A DNA stretch of 64,000 bases. Origin: Squalus acanthias (taxonomy: Eukaryota). The translations under genes and the position numbers were made by a program. The notes under the pieces are model-generated. The model made no database searches and was not told the DNA's origin. It saw only the letters and a list, made by a program, of their open reading frames with translations. Position 1 is the stretch's first letter, and each line of letters opens with the position of its first letter. Positions 14,552-27,889 of this stretch are shown here, in pieces. The stretch covers positions 121,522,001 through 121,586,000 of the forward strand of contig CM059431.1 in assembly GCA_030390025.1 (NCBI GenBank), read 5' to 3'.

Positions 14552-15135
14552 TCAACAAAACTGTTTGTTGGTGATTTGCTGGGTTCGAGGTCTGTTAGCT
14601 GGCTGCATTGCTGACCCTTGCTCTTTCTCTTCATCCTCAGCTTCCAGGACCTCCTCTTGCTCTTGCTTCTCCACTTCTTCCTCCTGAGATGGTTCCAAGG
14701 GTTGCTCCCTTAGCAGGGTGAAGTTATGGAGCATGCAGCATACCACCACTGAGCTGGAGACTCCCTCGGAGTTGTAGTGAATGACGTCTCCAGACTTATC
14801 CAGGGAGCGGTACCTCTGTTTCTAAATGGCAATTGTTTGTTCAATCATAGCTCTGGTTAAGGCATGCCTTTTATTGTAGTGCTGCTCAGCGTCTTTGCTC
14901 AGATGCCTGATAAGAGTTATAAGCTAGGTGGTCAAGAATACCCCTAGTCTCCAAGCAGCCAGCCTAAAACCCTGAATGGTCTGGGCGGAAGAGAGGGGGG
15001 ATTGAGGATTGGAACAGGACAAAGGCGACTGCCTGGAAACTGGGCACAGGTCTGCATGATGCAGTGCCTTTGGTCACAGACCAGCTGGGCGTTCAAGGAG
15101 TGGAAGTCCTTTCTGTTGCTAAAAGTTGCTAACAC
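14552..15135 (-). pseudogene. Harbinger transposase remnant
   Basis: NRKDFHSLNAQLVCD, FPGS, WLLGD, VVCCMLHNF plus acidic tail. Confidence 0.75.
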
Positions 15136-15171
15136 TATAATTCATCCCATGACTGTATTAAACATTAAGGG

Positions 15172-16807
15172 TGTAAGGGGTTTTGTCGTGCTTGTATCGC
15201 AGACGGTGCTGGTGCGAGGTTAGGCCTTCGTTGCCTAATACTATTGCTTGCTCTGGTCTCCGGCCAGCCTTGTTGCAATAAGCACCTGTGAGTGGTTCAA
15301 CCCACTCGCCCTTACGGTTCTAACACTGGACTTAGGTGCGAGAGCAGTAATGCAGAGAAAAACTCAAATAGACCCGGTTGAATAGTATGAAATGGAAATC
15401 TTCATTGCATAGCATCCAAAATCATGAAGTACATGTCATAGGCGCAAATTAACGAGAGTACAAGTATACATACATTCATAAAGCTTGGTCTATGGTAATG
15501 AAGAACGCACGGCACATCATAAAAAGGGGAACACATTATACTTTATCCTTAATAAAACCACCCTCCCCTATCAATACCTACACTACATCTAGATTTGTAG
15601 GATCGTGAAACATGCTCACCACTCGTGATACTTCGGAGAATTTTAAAGTGAGGCACTCGGCTCGTTCGCTGCAGCGCCTGACTGTCACGTGTTTTGGAGG
15701 GGTCTCTGTACCCCACTTGTTTATCTTCGCTGCTGCGGCAAGCAGGCTGGGCTCCCCGTTGTCATGAAGAACTCGACAGCACTCGGGCCCGGCTGTAGAA
15801 CTCAAAGAAAAGTCTTCCTGTACCGACACCAGTTGTCGGTAGAATTCAAAGAAGAGTCTTTGACCGGTTCGTGCAGTAACTTGTAGAGTTCAAGAAATGC
15901 ATCGTATATTTTCGGCGCGGTCGGGGTTTACTGACCGCGGCGGCACGTGGATTCTTCTTCTCTTGTCATCTCGTCTTGTCTTGTTGGGCCTTCGGGCACA
16001 AACACCGCTTACCGACTCTCGGGATGGTGCACCCGGTCACTGGCCTTTGTCGAGGCGGCTCGTTCCAACAGAGCGATCCCCGAGGATCAGAATAGGAGAA
16101 TAAAAGTTCAGCCCGAGTCAAGAGTCCGCAGAGATAAGAGTCGATTCAAGCGAATAAGAGAGTGATGGACATTTGTTCACTATAGTTATAGTGCTGTGTT
16201 TCCTTATCTCCCGCCCAAATCTTAATGCTTGTCCTTTGTGTAATACTGGTGCACAAAACTCCCAGCATGGGGCGATTCTTTCCTTTAACGGGTTTCGGTA
16301 GCACCTGAAACTGGCCAACTACCCGTTAATGTTTTCCCCATTGTAGACCCAGCCAGGATCGTATGACTCGTCTCCCTGTCTGGTTTTGGGGGCCCCCGAA
16401 TACTTGTTTAATCACCCGAGAATGGCTCTCTCATTGTAGAGCCGTGGGGGTATATGTGTATTGCTGTGTCTGGATGGGCCTTCGATTGCCCAGTACAATG
16501 GTCCTTACTTGTGCATGGAAAACAATTCCGGCACTCATATCTTTTGCTATTGTCACAAATGCAAACAGGTTGCATCCTGTCTTTATCAGTGCTTATCGAG
16601 TATGATCCAGTCTTATATTGAAATGTTTATTCAAACGCCATCTTGTCTGCCCACTGTAATTCTGGAAGCTTCTGCCACGATGCGCGGTGGCCATTTTACA
16701 GGCTTCTGTGTCCTTTATATCATGACAGCATTTCGTTTAAATAAACTGATCAAACAAATCTGCTTCTATCTTGTTATTTCGAATCGCGATAACTGCGAAA
16801 CTTTACA
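15172..16807 (-). mobile_element. Solo LTR (1636 bp) of the lokiretrovirus-like family, subfamily B
   Basis: TG...CA termini, TSD AGGG (15168-15171 / 16808-16811), colinear with LTR 53231-54841 and sharing blocks with LTR 38399-40065; sits in the end of a TAA-flanked MITE (15169-17563). Confidence 0.9.
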
Positions 16808-19800
16808 AGGGGTAGTGGTTGCCGCTCGGTTGCATTGTTTTTTTCAGTGCAATTCAACCGAAATCAGCTTAACCCTCGCAAAAGTTCGCAGAATTTTAAG
16901 CGCAAATTACGTTCAGTGCAACTCGGGTTGCTGTGATCTTTTGCGCTAGTTTAAAAACCATTGCGCCAGAAGCCGGCCCGGCCCCCAAAACTGGCCACAC
17001 CTCCGGGGTGAATAATCACCATTGGGAGTTTCTGCTAATTGTGTCATTTGCAGGCCTTCGAAGAGGCTCTAAAACTTATGCTGGTTCTTTTGGGAGCAAG
17101 GACACAACTCGGCACGTTTTAAAAGTTTTGGAATATAATAATTTTTTTAATTTAATAAAAAACTGACTACTGTACCCCAATATAACTAGCAAATGGTGCT
17201 GTATAGTTTTTGAAAGTCATTTTCAGTGATTTAAAATCAGGTTACTCACAGGTGGTGGATTAACACAGTGATTAAAAATGCTTATTTATTGTGAGAAACC
17301 CATTTTCAGCTTTATTAATCAGCTGCACCAAGTTATCACTCTTAAATATATCAAGCAATATTTTTTTAAACTAAAGTTTTTTTTTAAATCCTGTTGTAAA
17401 ACATTGCTCCATTCCACTGGTTCATGGCAGATTTTGCTTTCGGCGATATGCAAATGAGTTTGAGTGGAAACTCGAGTAAAAATAACACTTCTCCAAATTG
17501 GCGCAATTTTGGGCGCAATTTGCGCCCAGATCGCCGATTGCGCCCAAAGCAAAAACTCTCCCCCTAAATATTGTGCACAGATCTGGCTTCCATATTACAT
17601 CAATATATAGAGGCACTAAAAAAGGTGTCAAAAAAATTGATAAGGATGATACCAGAACTGAGAGATTAGCCTAGAAATTCGTGGCCACCACAAGAGTTGC
17701 CAGTGTCATCGCGACCTCGGGTTAATGGCCGCTGAAAATGGTCGAAGTGGTAGAAGAGAAAAATTTGCGCCAGGGACTAGAGATTTTTAGCCCAGCGCTA
17801 ACTCACCATGTACCGGCCTCCTGGTGGTGTTAGTGCAGGCATCGGTAGTGTAGTTGGCGTCCAGAAGCAGTGTTCCATCTTCCAACAGCCTCTGGAAGTG
17901 AGGCAATGAGTTCACTAGGCATTGTGGGACATTTAAAGGGCAATGCACTAAAAGGGCAATGCCTTCTGAACGAATAAAAATTAAATTGAAGTAAAAAAAA
18001 ATGCAGTTTTCAGCCCTTACTGCCTTTAAAAAAAAACATTGAAAAGAAGTCTCAAATGGGAGTCTTCAGCTCTTAAAGCTGAATTCCCTTCCACATCTCA
18101 AAAAATGGGCAAAGTGCTTCAGCAATAACACAAATGGCTCAACAAGCCAGGGAAGGGGCACCCAGGGTCTCGCACACAGCACTCCAGCTTTGTGCAGGGG
18201 GTCAACACTACAAGAGAGGTCTTCTACCCACAGGGGCCAGGAGGCCCTCCAGAAAGAACAATATGGGACCACATCACCGAAGCCATCACTGTCAGCAGTG
18301 TCATGCCCACCACCTTGCTCCAGTGCCTAAAGACACTTCATGACCTCAGACCGCTGGTCAAGGTCAGTGAATTCATCTTCAAAAGCTGTCTACTACCAAC
18401 TGAATCAAAAGCCTCACACACTGCTCAATGCACGACTCTATTCCCCCCCAAACACTCACCTACCAATCACGAGGCACACCTCCCATTCCTAGCCTCACCT
18501 CACCCCCATGGAGGAGATGGTGCAGGCTATTCTTGACATGTGCATGGCTGAGTCAGTGGTGGGGCTGAAATCATACAAGTTGCTGGTATCCTCATACGTT
18601 ATCCTCCTTTTCACACACATCTCTTGCTTTCCCGCCCTCCCCTCACCAAAATTCCACCCTTGTGCGTTCCTCATTCCACACACACAAGAAATGCAGTCTG
18701 CCCAGCCAATGGTTGACCAAGAAGAGGGAAAGGAGAGTGAAGAAGAAGAAGAAGAAGAAGAAAGAAGAAGAAGAAGAAGAAGAAACACCATCACTCGATT
18801 TGACACTCCCAGCCACCAGCTTCTCAAGGTAGACAAGTAAGGCCATTTGCAGTGTATCCCACTGAAAGTCAGCAGCCATGCTGCAGCCACTGAGGTAGGG
18901 TAAGATTTGGATCACAGGTCACACACAGATTACCCAAAGGGTCTTAGGAGTTGTAAGGCTTTTTATTAGAGAGCTACAGTTTAAGCATAACTCAGATAAT
19001 ACTACATGCGATTGAAATAGATACAGTAGACATACAACCCGTGACAGCTGAGGGCGATCTATGGCCCTGGAATGGAACAAAACGGACGGTGAGGCAGTAC
19101 GGTGGTCTAGGATTGGGTGGATTCCTGCAGTCTGTGGCAGCGGTCACTTCTGTTGGGTCGTCCCTCGAGCTGTTGGAGGTGTTAGGCCGTCAGCCACCTC
19201 AGAGGCTAAACTTGACCAAGGTGTTAGGCCGTAGCCACCTCGGGGAATCCATCGCCCCTAACTGCCTGTTTTCCTCTCTCGGTCATCTGTTTTTATACCT
19301 TATTTCGATGGGTTCATGGATACCTGGTGTCAATCATTTTTACCCATCTCATCGTCCAATTACAAGGGAGAGGCTTCCAATGATAGCCCCCTCCCAGCCT
19401 CATGAGGTCATTTTCCTCCTTATCTCTGTTCTAAATGTCTTGTTGCCCTCTCATAGACAGCTTGTTTATTCTACAGCTCTTTACTGCATCCCTTATCGGG
19501 CCTAGCTATGCCCACTCGAAGGCCTGTTTTTGTGTTCTGAGCTTGTAATTCAGCTCTCTGCACAGTTATTTTTCTGATCTGACTGGTATATTTCTGTGTC
19601 ATCAACTTAGACAAACTGCTGATCTAGGGAACCTGTAACAGACTATTATTTCTTTCAATCCACGATTTCTTACATCTCCCCACCTTGGAAAGGAAATATC
19701 CTTATTGACTTCTCACAATCGGCTCTTGACTAATCTAGTTAGTTCTTATTGCTCTCTCAACTTGGGCGTTAGTTAGTAGGGAGTCTCGAAAATGAAGAAA

Positions 19801-20040
19801 TACCCCTTCCTTACAGTCCATTCCATTGAGGGGGAGGAGCAACCTCTGACCCCTTATTCAAATTCAATTCACTGTTCCGGTGTTCCAATTCTGCCCCACC
19901 TGGGGTATCCTCTGTTTCATCTATCTTTCCTGATCTCATCCCGCCTGGGGTCCCCTCTGCGTTGCTTCGGATCTTCTCTTTCAGTGTGCTCAATTAATTT
20001 GTCCATGCTGGTTAGTCATAGGCATGAGTACACAATTGGC

Positions 20041-20520
20041 TTGTGCAACAAAGTCTTACTACAATGGTTACATATATCAAATACACTATCATTACAAGTT
20101 GGAGAACTACCAGAGTGTGTGAAATAATATGAACCTAAGAGTGTGCTAATATATTAAGCCCAATATCCCACCAGTGTGAATTATTCCCTATGCTGCCAAT
20201 TTCAATATCTATTCTCGAGTTGTCTTGCTCCAAAACATAAAAATGCTTTAGGGAGGAGCTCAGTCGCATCACAAGCTCACTGAATCCCTCAGGCAACAGG
20301 GGAATGTTATACCTAATTGTGCCACATAATTGTGCAGCTCATACTTAAGTGTCTAATTTACTGTCAGTTTCACCTGAGCATACGTTTTGATATTGAGTAA
20401 AACATGTTGGTTGATGTGACAGGTCCTGTTAGACCCGTAAAGCATGGTAGTTGTGGTAGTAGTGACACTGGAAGCACCACCAAAACCACCTCATACTGGA
20501 TTCGTACTGGTTTTTTCCAT
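20041..20520 (-). pseudogene. env: Env (F-like fusion protein) C-terminal remnant with stops and a frameshift
   Basis: Hand translation: ...VKLTVN*TLKYELHNYVAQL/YNIPLLPEGFSELVMRLSSSLKHFYVLEQ...HWWDIGLNILAHS*VHIISHTLVVLQLVMIVYLIYV aligns with the env C-terminus at ~48675-48975. Confidence 0.8.
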
Positions 20521-22711
20521 GCTCTGTTATCTACAAAACACAATTATTACAGTTACAAGTTATAATTCAGTCTTACAATCATTTCAAGCGACATTACAGT
20601 TTAACATCTAATCAACAAGTCATGGACTTAAAAGATTCTCCAGATCTCTTTTACTCGTATCCATCTTGTGGATAAATCTTGCTAAACATGATTTCTCCTT
20701 AGCCCTCAATTCTCCCAATCCAAATTCCATGTAACTCTCTGCTTCAACTTCAATTTCAATCCCTCTAACAGGTACCAGTGTGTTTAACTCTATTCTGATT
20801 GTTTCATTAATTAGATAGTTTCTCGATGAAGTATGTGGCAATGCTTTAAAAGTTGTCTCACTCTCTTGAGCCACATTAACCATTTCATGTCTTGCTGTTG
20901 CCAAGTAACTGAGCATGTCTGAGACCCGTTCTTCAGTGCAGATTCAACACACATTTCCAGATGGTAATTGCTTCATACGTAACAAATCACTTTTGCACAC
21001 TCAATATCATGCCGCACGTGCCATCCGATACAAGCCATTCTCGGGCTTTCAGGTATCTTATCAAAAGATTATCTGGAGATCTTTGCTCATCTTCCACCGC
21101 ATGGTTTTGATGTCTTGGGTAGTGGCCGGACTATCAAATTCAGTTTTCTTAAAAGGTTCATTATAGGCAGGGACACAAATGTCTCCAAGAGAAAGCTATC
21201 AATTTACTATTCGTAGCTACACTTTCCTGACTTTCACTAGAAAGTTTGGAAAATCCCCATTTGATGGTGTAATTCTCCTGTTTCTATCTTACACCCTCAA
21301 TCACTTCCTCTCTTCATTTTACACATCCCATTAATTACCATTCATATCTCATTCATGAGCCCTGGAGGAACTTTACTGTCCAGTACAATATTTAAGATAG
21401 AAAACATAGATCAAACGTTTTCACTTGGTCCAAGTTATTAACACTTTTTATTTATCATTATTTCAGAGGATCTTTTATTTCCCCAAAAGTAACCCAATAG
21501 ATTGTGCCTGGGTCCATTTTGTCATTTCAAAATTATCCCAAAATCCAAACAGCAGTACTGTTGGACTGACAGGTTTTGTCAATGTTCAATTTCATTTCTA
21601 TCAATTTATCTTATCAATTCCAATTTCAGAAACAAGTGATTCCCAGGCTAGGTGGTTTACATGTTGTTTTAACATTAGAGACAGAAGTGCTGCAATTAGT
21701 TTACAAGGATCTTCCATATAACAAAAGAAAGCAGAGAATCCATTGTGGCTCTGCTTAAGAGCCCAAGGGGTTAATTTATCAAATCATAATTTTCCTTCTG
21801 TCACTGTGGGGAAATATTAAATTAAAATTAAGAAACTTAAATTGAATAATGTCCAATATCTTTAAATTTCATTCAGCAATACTAAAGTTGTTGCTTGGTG
21901 AACTTAAACAGCTGTCAGTTGAAAGGGTTAACTCCTTTGCAGGTTTTTACGAAGGCGAAGCGAAACATTGTCATGTGTACGCAATTGCGTCACTTCACGT
22001 AATTTTTTTTAAAAAACTTCCCCAATCGAAAAAAACAGTTGGGTTTTCACAATTTAATAGATTTGTTACGTTCAATAATTCCAATCTAATTCAGACCAAT
22101 ACTATATTAATGAAACACAGAACAGATAAAACAAAACAAAATAGCACATGCTTGCAGAAAACAGTAAATTACGTCATATTTCTTATTGTCCTTTCTTCAG
22201 ATGCCTTTCCAAATGATTGTAAAAGCACTGAATACAACTGGAGAAAAATTAGTTTTTCACATTTAAATAAATCAATTCAAACTGCTTTGAAAATTTCAAC
22301 ATAGCAACCGCGACTCCAAGGTTAAATCTTAGACTGAAACTTATTCTTTTATCAAACAAATTTGTTATTCTTCTCAGTTTTTCCATTCCAGCTTAACTTA
22401 AATTGTAGTTCCAAGTTTTTTTCCAATTCTTTGCTGAGTTTTCAGATTGGTTAGCCTGCAACTTAGGTTTTTTCCCCTTCTCTCTCTCCACTCTCTCTCT
22501 CCTGCACTTTATGCTTCACCTCTTTCAGGCTATCTATCAACTGTTCCTGGTGATATGCCAACGCCATTGTATTTCTGGTATTACCTTTAGCAAACTCTCT
22601 CCCGCTCCCTTCTTTCAGAGAGAAAAGTATTCAGTCTAAGCAATGATCACGTGCGTTTGACCAAGTCCCTCCGGTCCCCACAACCGGAACCTTACAACTC
22701 CCAACTCTGTG

Positions 22712-22729
22712 ATCCCACTTCTGACACCA
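22712..22729 (-). promoter_or_regulatory. Primer binding site, tRNA-Leu
   Basis: TGGTGTCAGAAGTGGGAT on the minus strand, 1 nt from the 5' LTR; complement of the vertebrate tRNA-Leu(CAA) 3' end. Confidence 0.85.
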
Positions 22730-23708
22730 CTGTAAGATTCGGGTCACAGGTCACACACAGATTACTTAAAGGGTCTTAGGAGTTGTAAGGCTTTTTATTA
22801 GAGAGCTACAGTTTAAGCATAACTCAGATACTCCTTCATGCGATTGAAATAGATACAGCAGACATACAACCCTTGACAGATAAGGGCGATCTACGGTCCT
22901 GGAATGGAATGAAACAGATGGTGAGGCAGTACGGTGGTCTAGGATTGGGTGGATTCCTGCAGTCTGTGGCAGCGGTCACTTCCGTTGGGTCGTCCCTCGA
23001 GCTGTTGGAGGTGTTAGGACGTCAGTGACCTCAGAGGCTAAACTTGACCAAGGTGTTAGGCTGTAGCCAACTCGGGGAAGCCATCGCCTCTAACTGCCTG
23101 TTTTCCTCTCTCAGTCATCTGTTTTTATATCTTATTTCGATGGGTTAGTGGATACCTGGTGTCAATCATTTTTACCCATCCTATCGTCCAATTACAATAG
23201 AGGCTACCTATGACAGCCCCCTCCCAGCCTCATGAGGTCATTTTCCTCCTTATCTCTGTTCTAAATGTCTTGCTGCCCTCTCATAGACAGCTTGTTTATC
23301 CTACAGCTCCTTGCTGCATCCCTTATCAGGCCTAGCTATGCCCACTTGAAGGCCTGTTTTTGTGTTCTGACCACGTAATTCAGCTCTCTGTACAGCTATT
23401 TTTCTGACCTGACTGGAATCTTTCTGTGTCATCAACTTAGGGAACCCGTAACAGATTATTATTTCTTTCAATCCACGATTTCTTACAGCAGCACTGCATG
23501 ACATCAGTAGGATAGCCAAAGCCACACACAATGCAGTCACTAAGGGATTGCATAACGGTGATGAGTTGATTTCTTGATGTCATATTGGATGGATAGATGT
23601 ACAAAGTTGGAATGGAAAGTATGCTTTGTGATGGCTTTTATTTCAGCATTGTGGCCAAGAGGAGACTGTGATGGTCAGTAACAGAGGTAAGGTGTGGGAC
23701 AAATTCTA

Positions 23709-25178
23709 TAGTTCTATAGTTCCCATGGATTGGAGGGTAGCTAATGTAACCCCACTATTTAAAAAAGGTGGTAGAGAGAAAATGGGGAATTATAGACCGG
23801 TAAGCCTGATATCGGTAGTGGGGAACATGCTAGAGTCCATTATAGAAGATGTAATAGCAGAGCACTTGGAAAACAGTGACAGGATCGGACAAAGTCAACA
23901 TGGATTTACAAAAGGTAAATCATGCTTGACTAATCTACTGGAATTTTTTGAGGATTTAACTGATAGAATAGATAAGGGAGAACTAGTGGATGTGGTGTAT
24001 TTGGACTTTCAGAAGGCTTTCGATATGGTCCCGCATAAGGGATTAGCGTGCAAAGTTAAAGCACACGGGATTGGGGGTAAGGTACTGTCTTGGATAAAAA
24101 ACTGGTTGGCAGACAGGAAGCAAAGAGTTGGAATAAACGGGTATTTTTCCGAGTGGCAGGCAGTGACTAGTGGGGTTCCGCAGGGATCGGTCCTAGTATC
24201 TCAGTTATTCACAATATATATTAATGATCTAGACGAGGGAACTAGATGTAATATCTCCAAGTTTGCAGACGACGCAAAGCTGGGTGGGTGTGTGTGCTGT
24301 GAGGAGGATGCAGAGAAACTCCAGTATGATTTGGACAGGTTGGGTGATTGGGCAAATGCATGGCAGATGCAGTATAATGTGGATAAATGCGAGGTTATCC
24401 ACTTTGGTGGCAAAAACAGGAAGGCAGATTATTATCTGAACGGCAATAGATTGGGAAAAGGGGAAGTGTAACGAGACCTGGGTGTCCTTGTGCACCAGTC
24501 GCTGAAGGTAAGCATGCAGGTGCAGCAGGCGGTTAAGAAGGCAAATGGTATGTTGGCCTTCATAGCGAGAGGATTCGAGTACAGGAGCAAGGATGTCTTG
24601 CTACAGTTGTACAGGGCCTTGGTGAGACCACATCTTGAGTATTGCGTGCAGTTTTGGTCGCCTTATCTGAGAAAGGATGTTCTTGCCATGGAGAGAGTGC
24701 AGCAAAGAATCACCAGACTGATACCTGGGATGGCAGGAATGACGTATGAAGATAGATTGGGTCGATTGGGCTTGTATTCGCTAGAGTTTAGAAGAATGAG
24801 AGGGGATCTCATTGAAACTTATAACATTCTAACAGGACTAGATAGACTAAATGCAGGAAGGATATTCCCAATGGCGGGGGAGTCCAGAACCAGGGGTCAC
24901 AGTCTAATGATAAGGGGTAAGCCATTTAGGACTGAGATAAGGAGGAATTTCTTCACCCAGAGAGTGGTGAACCTGTGGAATTCTCTACCATAGAAGACAG
25001 TTGAGTCCAATTCATTAAATATATTCAAGAAGGAGTTAGATATATTTCTTAAGGCTAAGGGGATCAAGGGATATGGGGAGAAAGCAGGGACAGGGTACTG
25101 AATTTGGATGATCAGCCATGATCAAGGGGCCGAATGGCCTACTCCTGCTCCTATCTTCTATGTTTCTATGTTTCTATA
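23709..25178 (+). mobile_element. 5'-truncated CR1 LINE (RT domain, premature stops)
   Basis: [44 protein letters not shown], (TTCTATGT)n tail. Confidence 0.92.
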
Positions 25179-26507
25179 GGGGAATTGGGGTTGTGGTCAC
25201 TGGTATCCATCCCAGATATTCTGGCCAGAAAGGGATTGTTTGGGTTGCATCATTCCATCTGCTTCCTCCTATTTGGTTTCTTCCACTTCTGCTTCTTCCT
25301 CTTCTGCGTCTTGCTCTTCTGTGTCTTGCTCTTCCCTCTGCGAGCGGATGCTGTAAATCTGAAATCAAAGCATAAAATGCTGGAAATACTCAGCAGGTTA
25401 GGCAGCATCTCGACCTGCGACGTGCTCTGTTTCTCCCTCCACAGATGTAGCCTGACCTGCTGAGTATTTGCTGCATTTTCTGTCTTCTCAGAGGCTTTCC
25501 TTTACCATCAAATGCCTTGCACGCATCCAGCAGCACTCCCTACACACTTAAAAAACTTTTAACATGTATTGCAATAAGCATAATGTAAAAAATGTAATTA
25601 TATAAAAAATATACAGTCAAAAAGCTTAAATACAAATTTACCTGAAAGATGTGTGTGTCCCTTTAAGAGGTGCCGACAGCACCTCTGTGAGTCTGTTTTC
25701 ATGGCGAGCTTAGGACCCAGCCCTGAACTCAGTACTAAGTTCCAAGTTCGCTGAGGTGATGTTTAGTCGGTGTTGCATGCCAACTGACGTCACCTCTTCC
25801 TCATTGAAATCTGCAGGGTCATTGATCTTACTGTAAGTGCTGCCGGGCCTCGTAAAATGGAGGACGCCATGGGACCCACCACCAGCTGGCGAAAGAGCAG
25901 TGGGCACCCTCTTTTTGCTACTTTTTGTCGTAAAGCCCCTGAATTTTTAGCCCATTATAGCCATCAGGAAAGACTGAACAGGCTGGGACTCTGTCTTCTG
26001 GAAAAGAGAAGGCTGAGGAATGTCCTCATAGAGGTCTGTACGATTATGAAGGGATTTGATTGGGGTAGACATAGAGAAATGTTCCACATGTGTGGGAGTC
26101 CAAAACTAGAGGACACAAACATAAGATAGTCACTAATAAATCCAATAAGGAATTCAGGAGAAACTTCTTTGCCTTATTTAGTTGAGGCAAATAACATAGA
26201 TGCATTTAAGGGGCAGCTAGATAATTGCATGAGGGAGAAAGGAATAGAAGGACATGCTGATAGGGTTAGATGAAGTAGAGTGAGGAAGGCTCGTGTTGAA
26301 CATAAACACCAGCAGAGACCAGTTGGGCAGAATGGTCTGTTTCTGTGCTGTTAATTCTATATAATTTGGGTGGTTAAAATTGCAGCGATGTTGTTACATC
26401 CATGCTCATGCCGCACTCCCACCCGCCATCATTTTAACTCGCGGGTTTCGGGAGGTACCAGAGACGCTCGCTGCAGGCAGGAGAGGAACTCATCAATATT
26501 AAAAAGT

Positions 26508-27191
26508 TGGGAGGCGAAATTGAGTCCCACCCCCTTTGGAGCGCTAACTTCGCTGAGCCGCTACGTCTAGCGCCCCAAAAACGTTAGTGCCCCCGCGCCC
26601 GAAATTCACTGTTAGTGCCCCAAGAGGGTCGCTGCGAGTGAATATCGCAGTGCTGCGGCACGTCGCGCTGCGGTACTGTAGACTTTCTTACCCTTATTAA
26701 AGGGGCGGGACCTAGCGCAGCGCAACCCTGGGCCCAACTGGGCCACTAGGGATCGGAGTGCCGACAAAGGAGCCCGGCACTCAAGAGGAGTGCCGGGCTC
26801 ATGGAACGCAGCTGGCACCCCGCAAGTGGGCTTCACAGGAGGCCGGGGACAGCAACGGGGGCAGGTGCTGGCAGGCGGCCAGCAACAAAAATGGCTGCCC
26901 AGCACCGCCCCTTTAATTTGCGCCGCCCCGGCCACACGTACGCCCCCCCTGACCCTGTCGTACATAGCGTCCGGCGGTAAGTCAGGGGGCGCTACCGGGG
27001 TGTGAGTAGGGCGCTGTGCACAGCGATGATGTCATCGCCGGAGGTGCAGCGCCACGGGGCGCTAACAGTTATCGCCGCCGCTAACCTCCCGCTGAATTTT
27101 GCAGGAGGCATCAGTGGCGCCGCGCCCAGGCGCTAGTTGCTTTGCTCTTAGGGCGCTAACGGGATGTGCAAATCAACCAAAGTTTTCCCCC
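26508..27191. mobile_element. MITE, inverted paralogue of 7356-8095
   Basis: Reverse-complement similarity across ~650 bp (e.g. caaaaatggctgcc, ggcggtaagtcagggggcgctaccg). Confidence 0.7.
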
Positions 27192-27889
27192 TATGGTGCA
27201 GTTAGGACCCCGATGTGATTTTAACTCGGGATGGCGCGAGTTACACTGAGTGCCAGAGATGCCAGTGATACCCGGAAGCATATTGGAGCTGCCCCATTGT
27301 CTTTCATTCAGTATGTAACTTTTAAATAAAATGATGTCCATGAAAAAACTCTGCTGTTTCTTCTCCAATTTCCACACTGCCGAGTGACTGCAATCTCTAA
27401 GCTCAGCATGGCAGCAATGCGGCTATAAAAGAAATTGGGGCTTTGGTGTCTGTACAAAAGTAGTCCATTAGAAAACGGTCCTATTTCACTGCAGCTGCAG
27501 TTTTACAATACCTTCATACAATGTTTTGGAACGTAATGGAGGGGCTGGGAATTAAGTGCACAAAATCCTAGGTTTAAAAGTTACCAGGATAAGAAAAACT
27601 GCATGAAGAAAATGAAATACATTTTTATTAGCATTACGTAACTGCGAGCACTGTCAGATTGGTTTAAACTTAAAAGGGTTTTCCTTGACAGTTTAATGGT
27701 GATACTTATGGTGAGAGAATTTTGTTGCAGTTTAAGGGATATATTAACATTTCATAGGAAGAGGGAAATCTGATAAATGAATGAACAATATCTTCTCTAC
27801 CATAAAACTTTTCAAAGCTGGTTAGAGTACATTCTGTAAGACATTAGTTTGGTTACTTATGGGATTTTTTAAACTGTTATACATTACCT

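Larger units (their letters stand above)
18899..23487 (-). mobile_element. Internally deleted LTR element (family C): LTRs 22731-23487 (5') and 18899-19674 (3'), carrying a decayed F-like env
   Basis: Two ~760-780-bp direct repeats with (T/G)G...CA ends, PBS, PPT (tctccccacc at 19675-19684 on +), TSD GTAG/GCAG, empty-site paralogue at ~5131-5150. Confidence 0.88.
17668..25953. mobile_element. Harbinger-type element carrying nested insertions, itself inserted into a CR1 fragment
   Basis: Imperfect TIRs agcctagaaattc / gaatttttagccc, 3-bp TSD ATT; Myb/SANT remnant ~18134-18365; the CR1 sequence before 17668 resumes at 25954. Confidence 0.7.
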
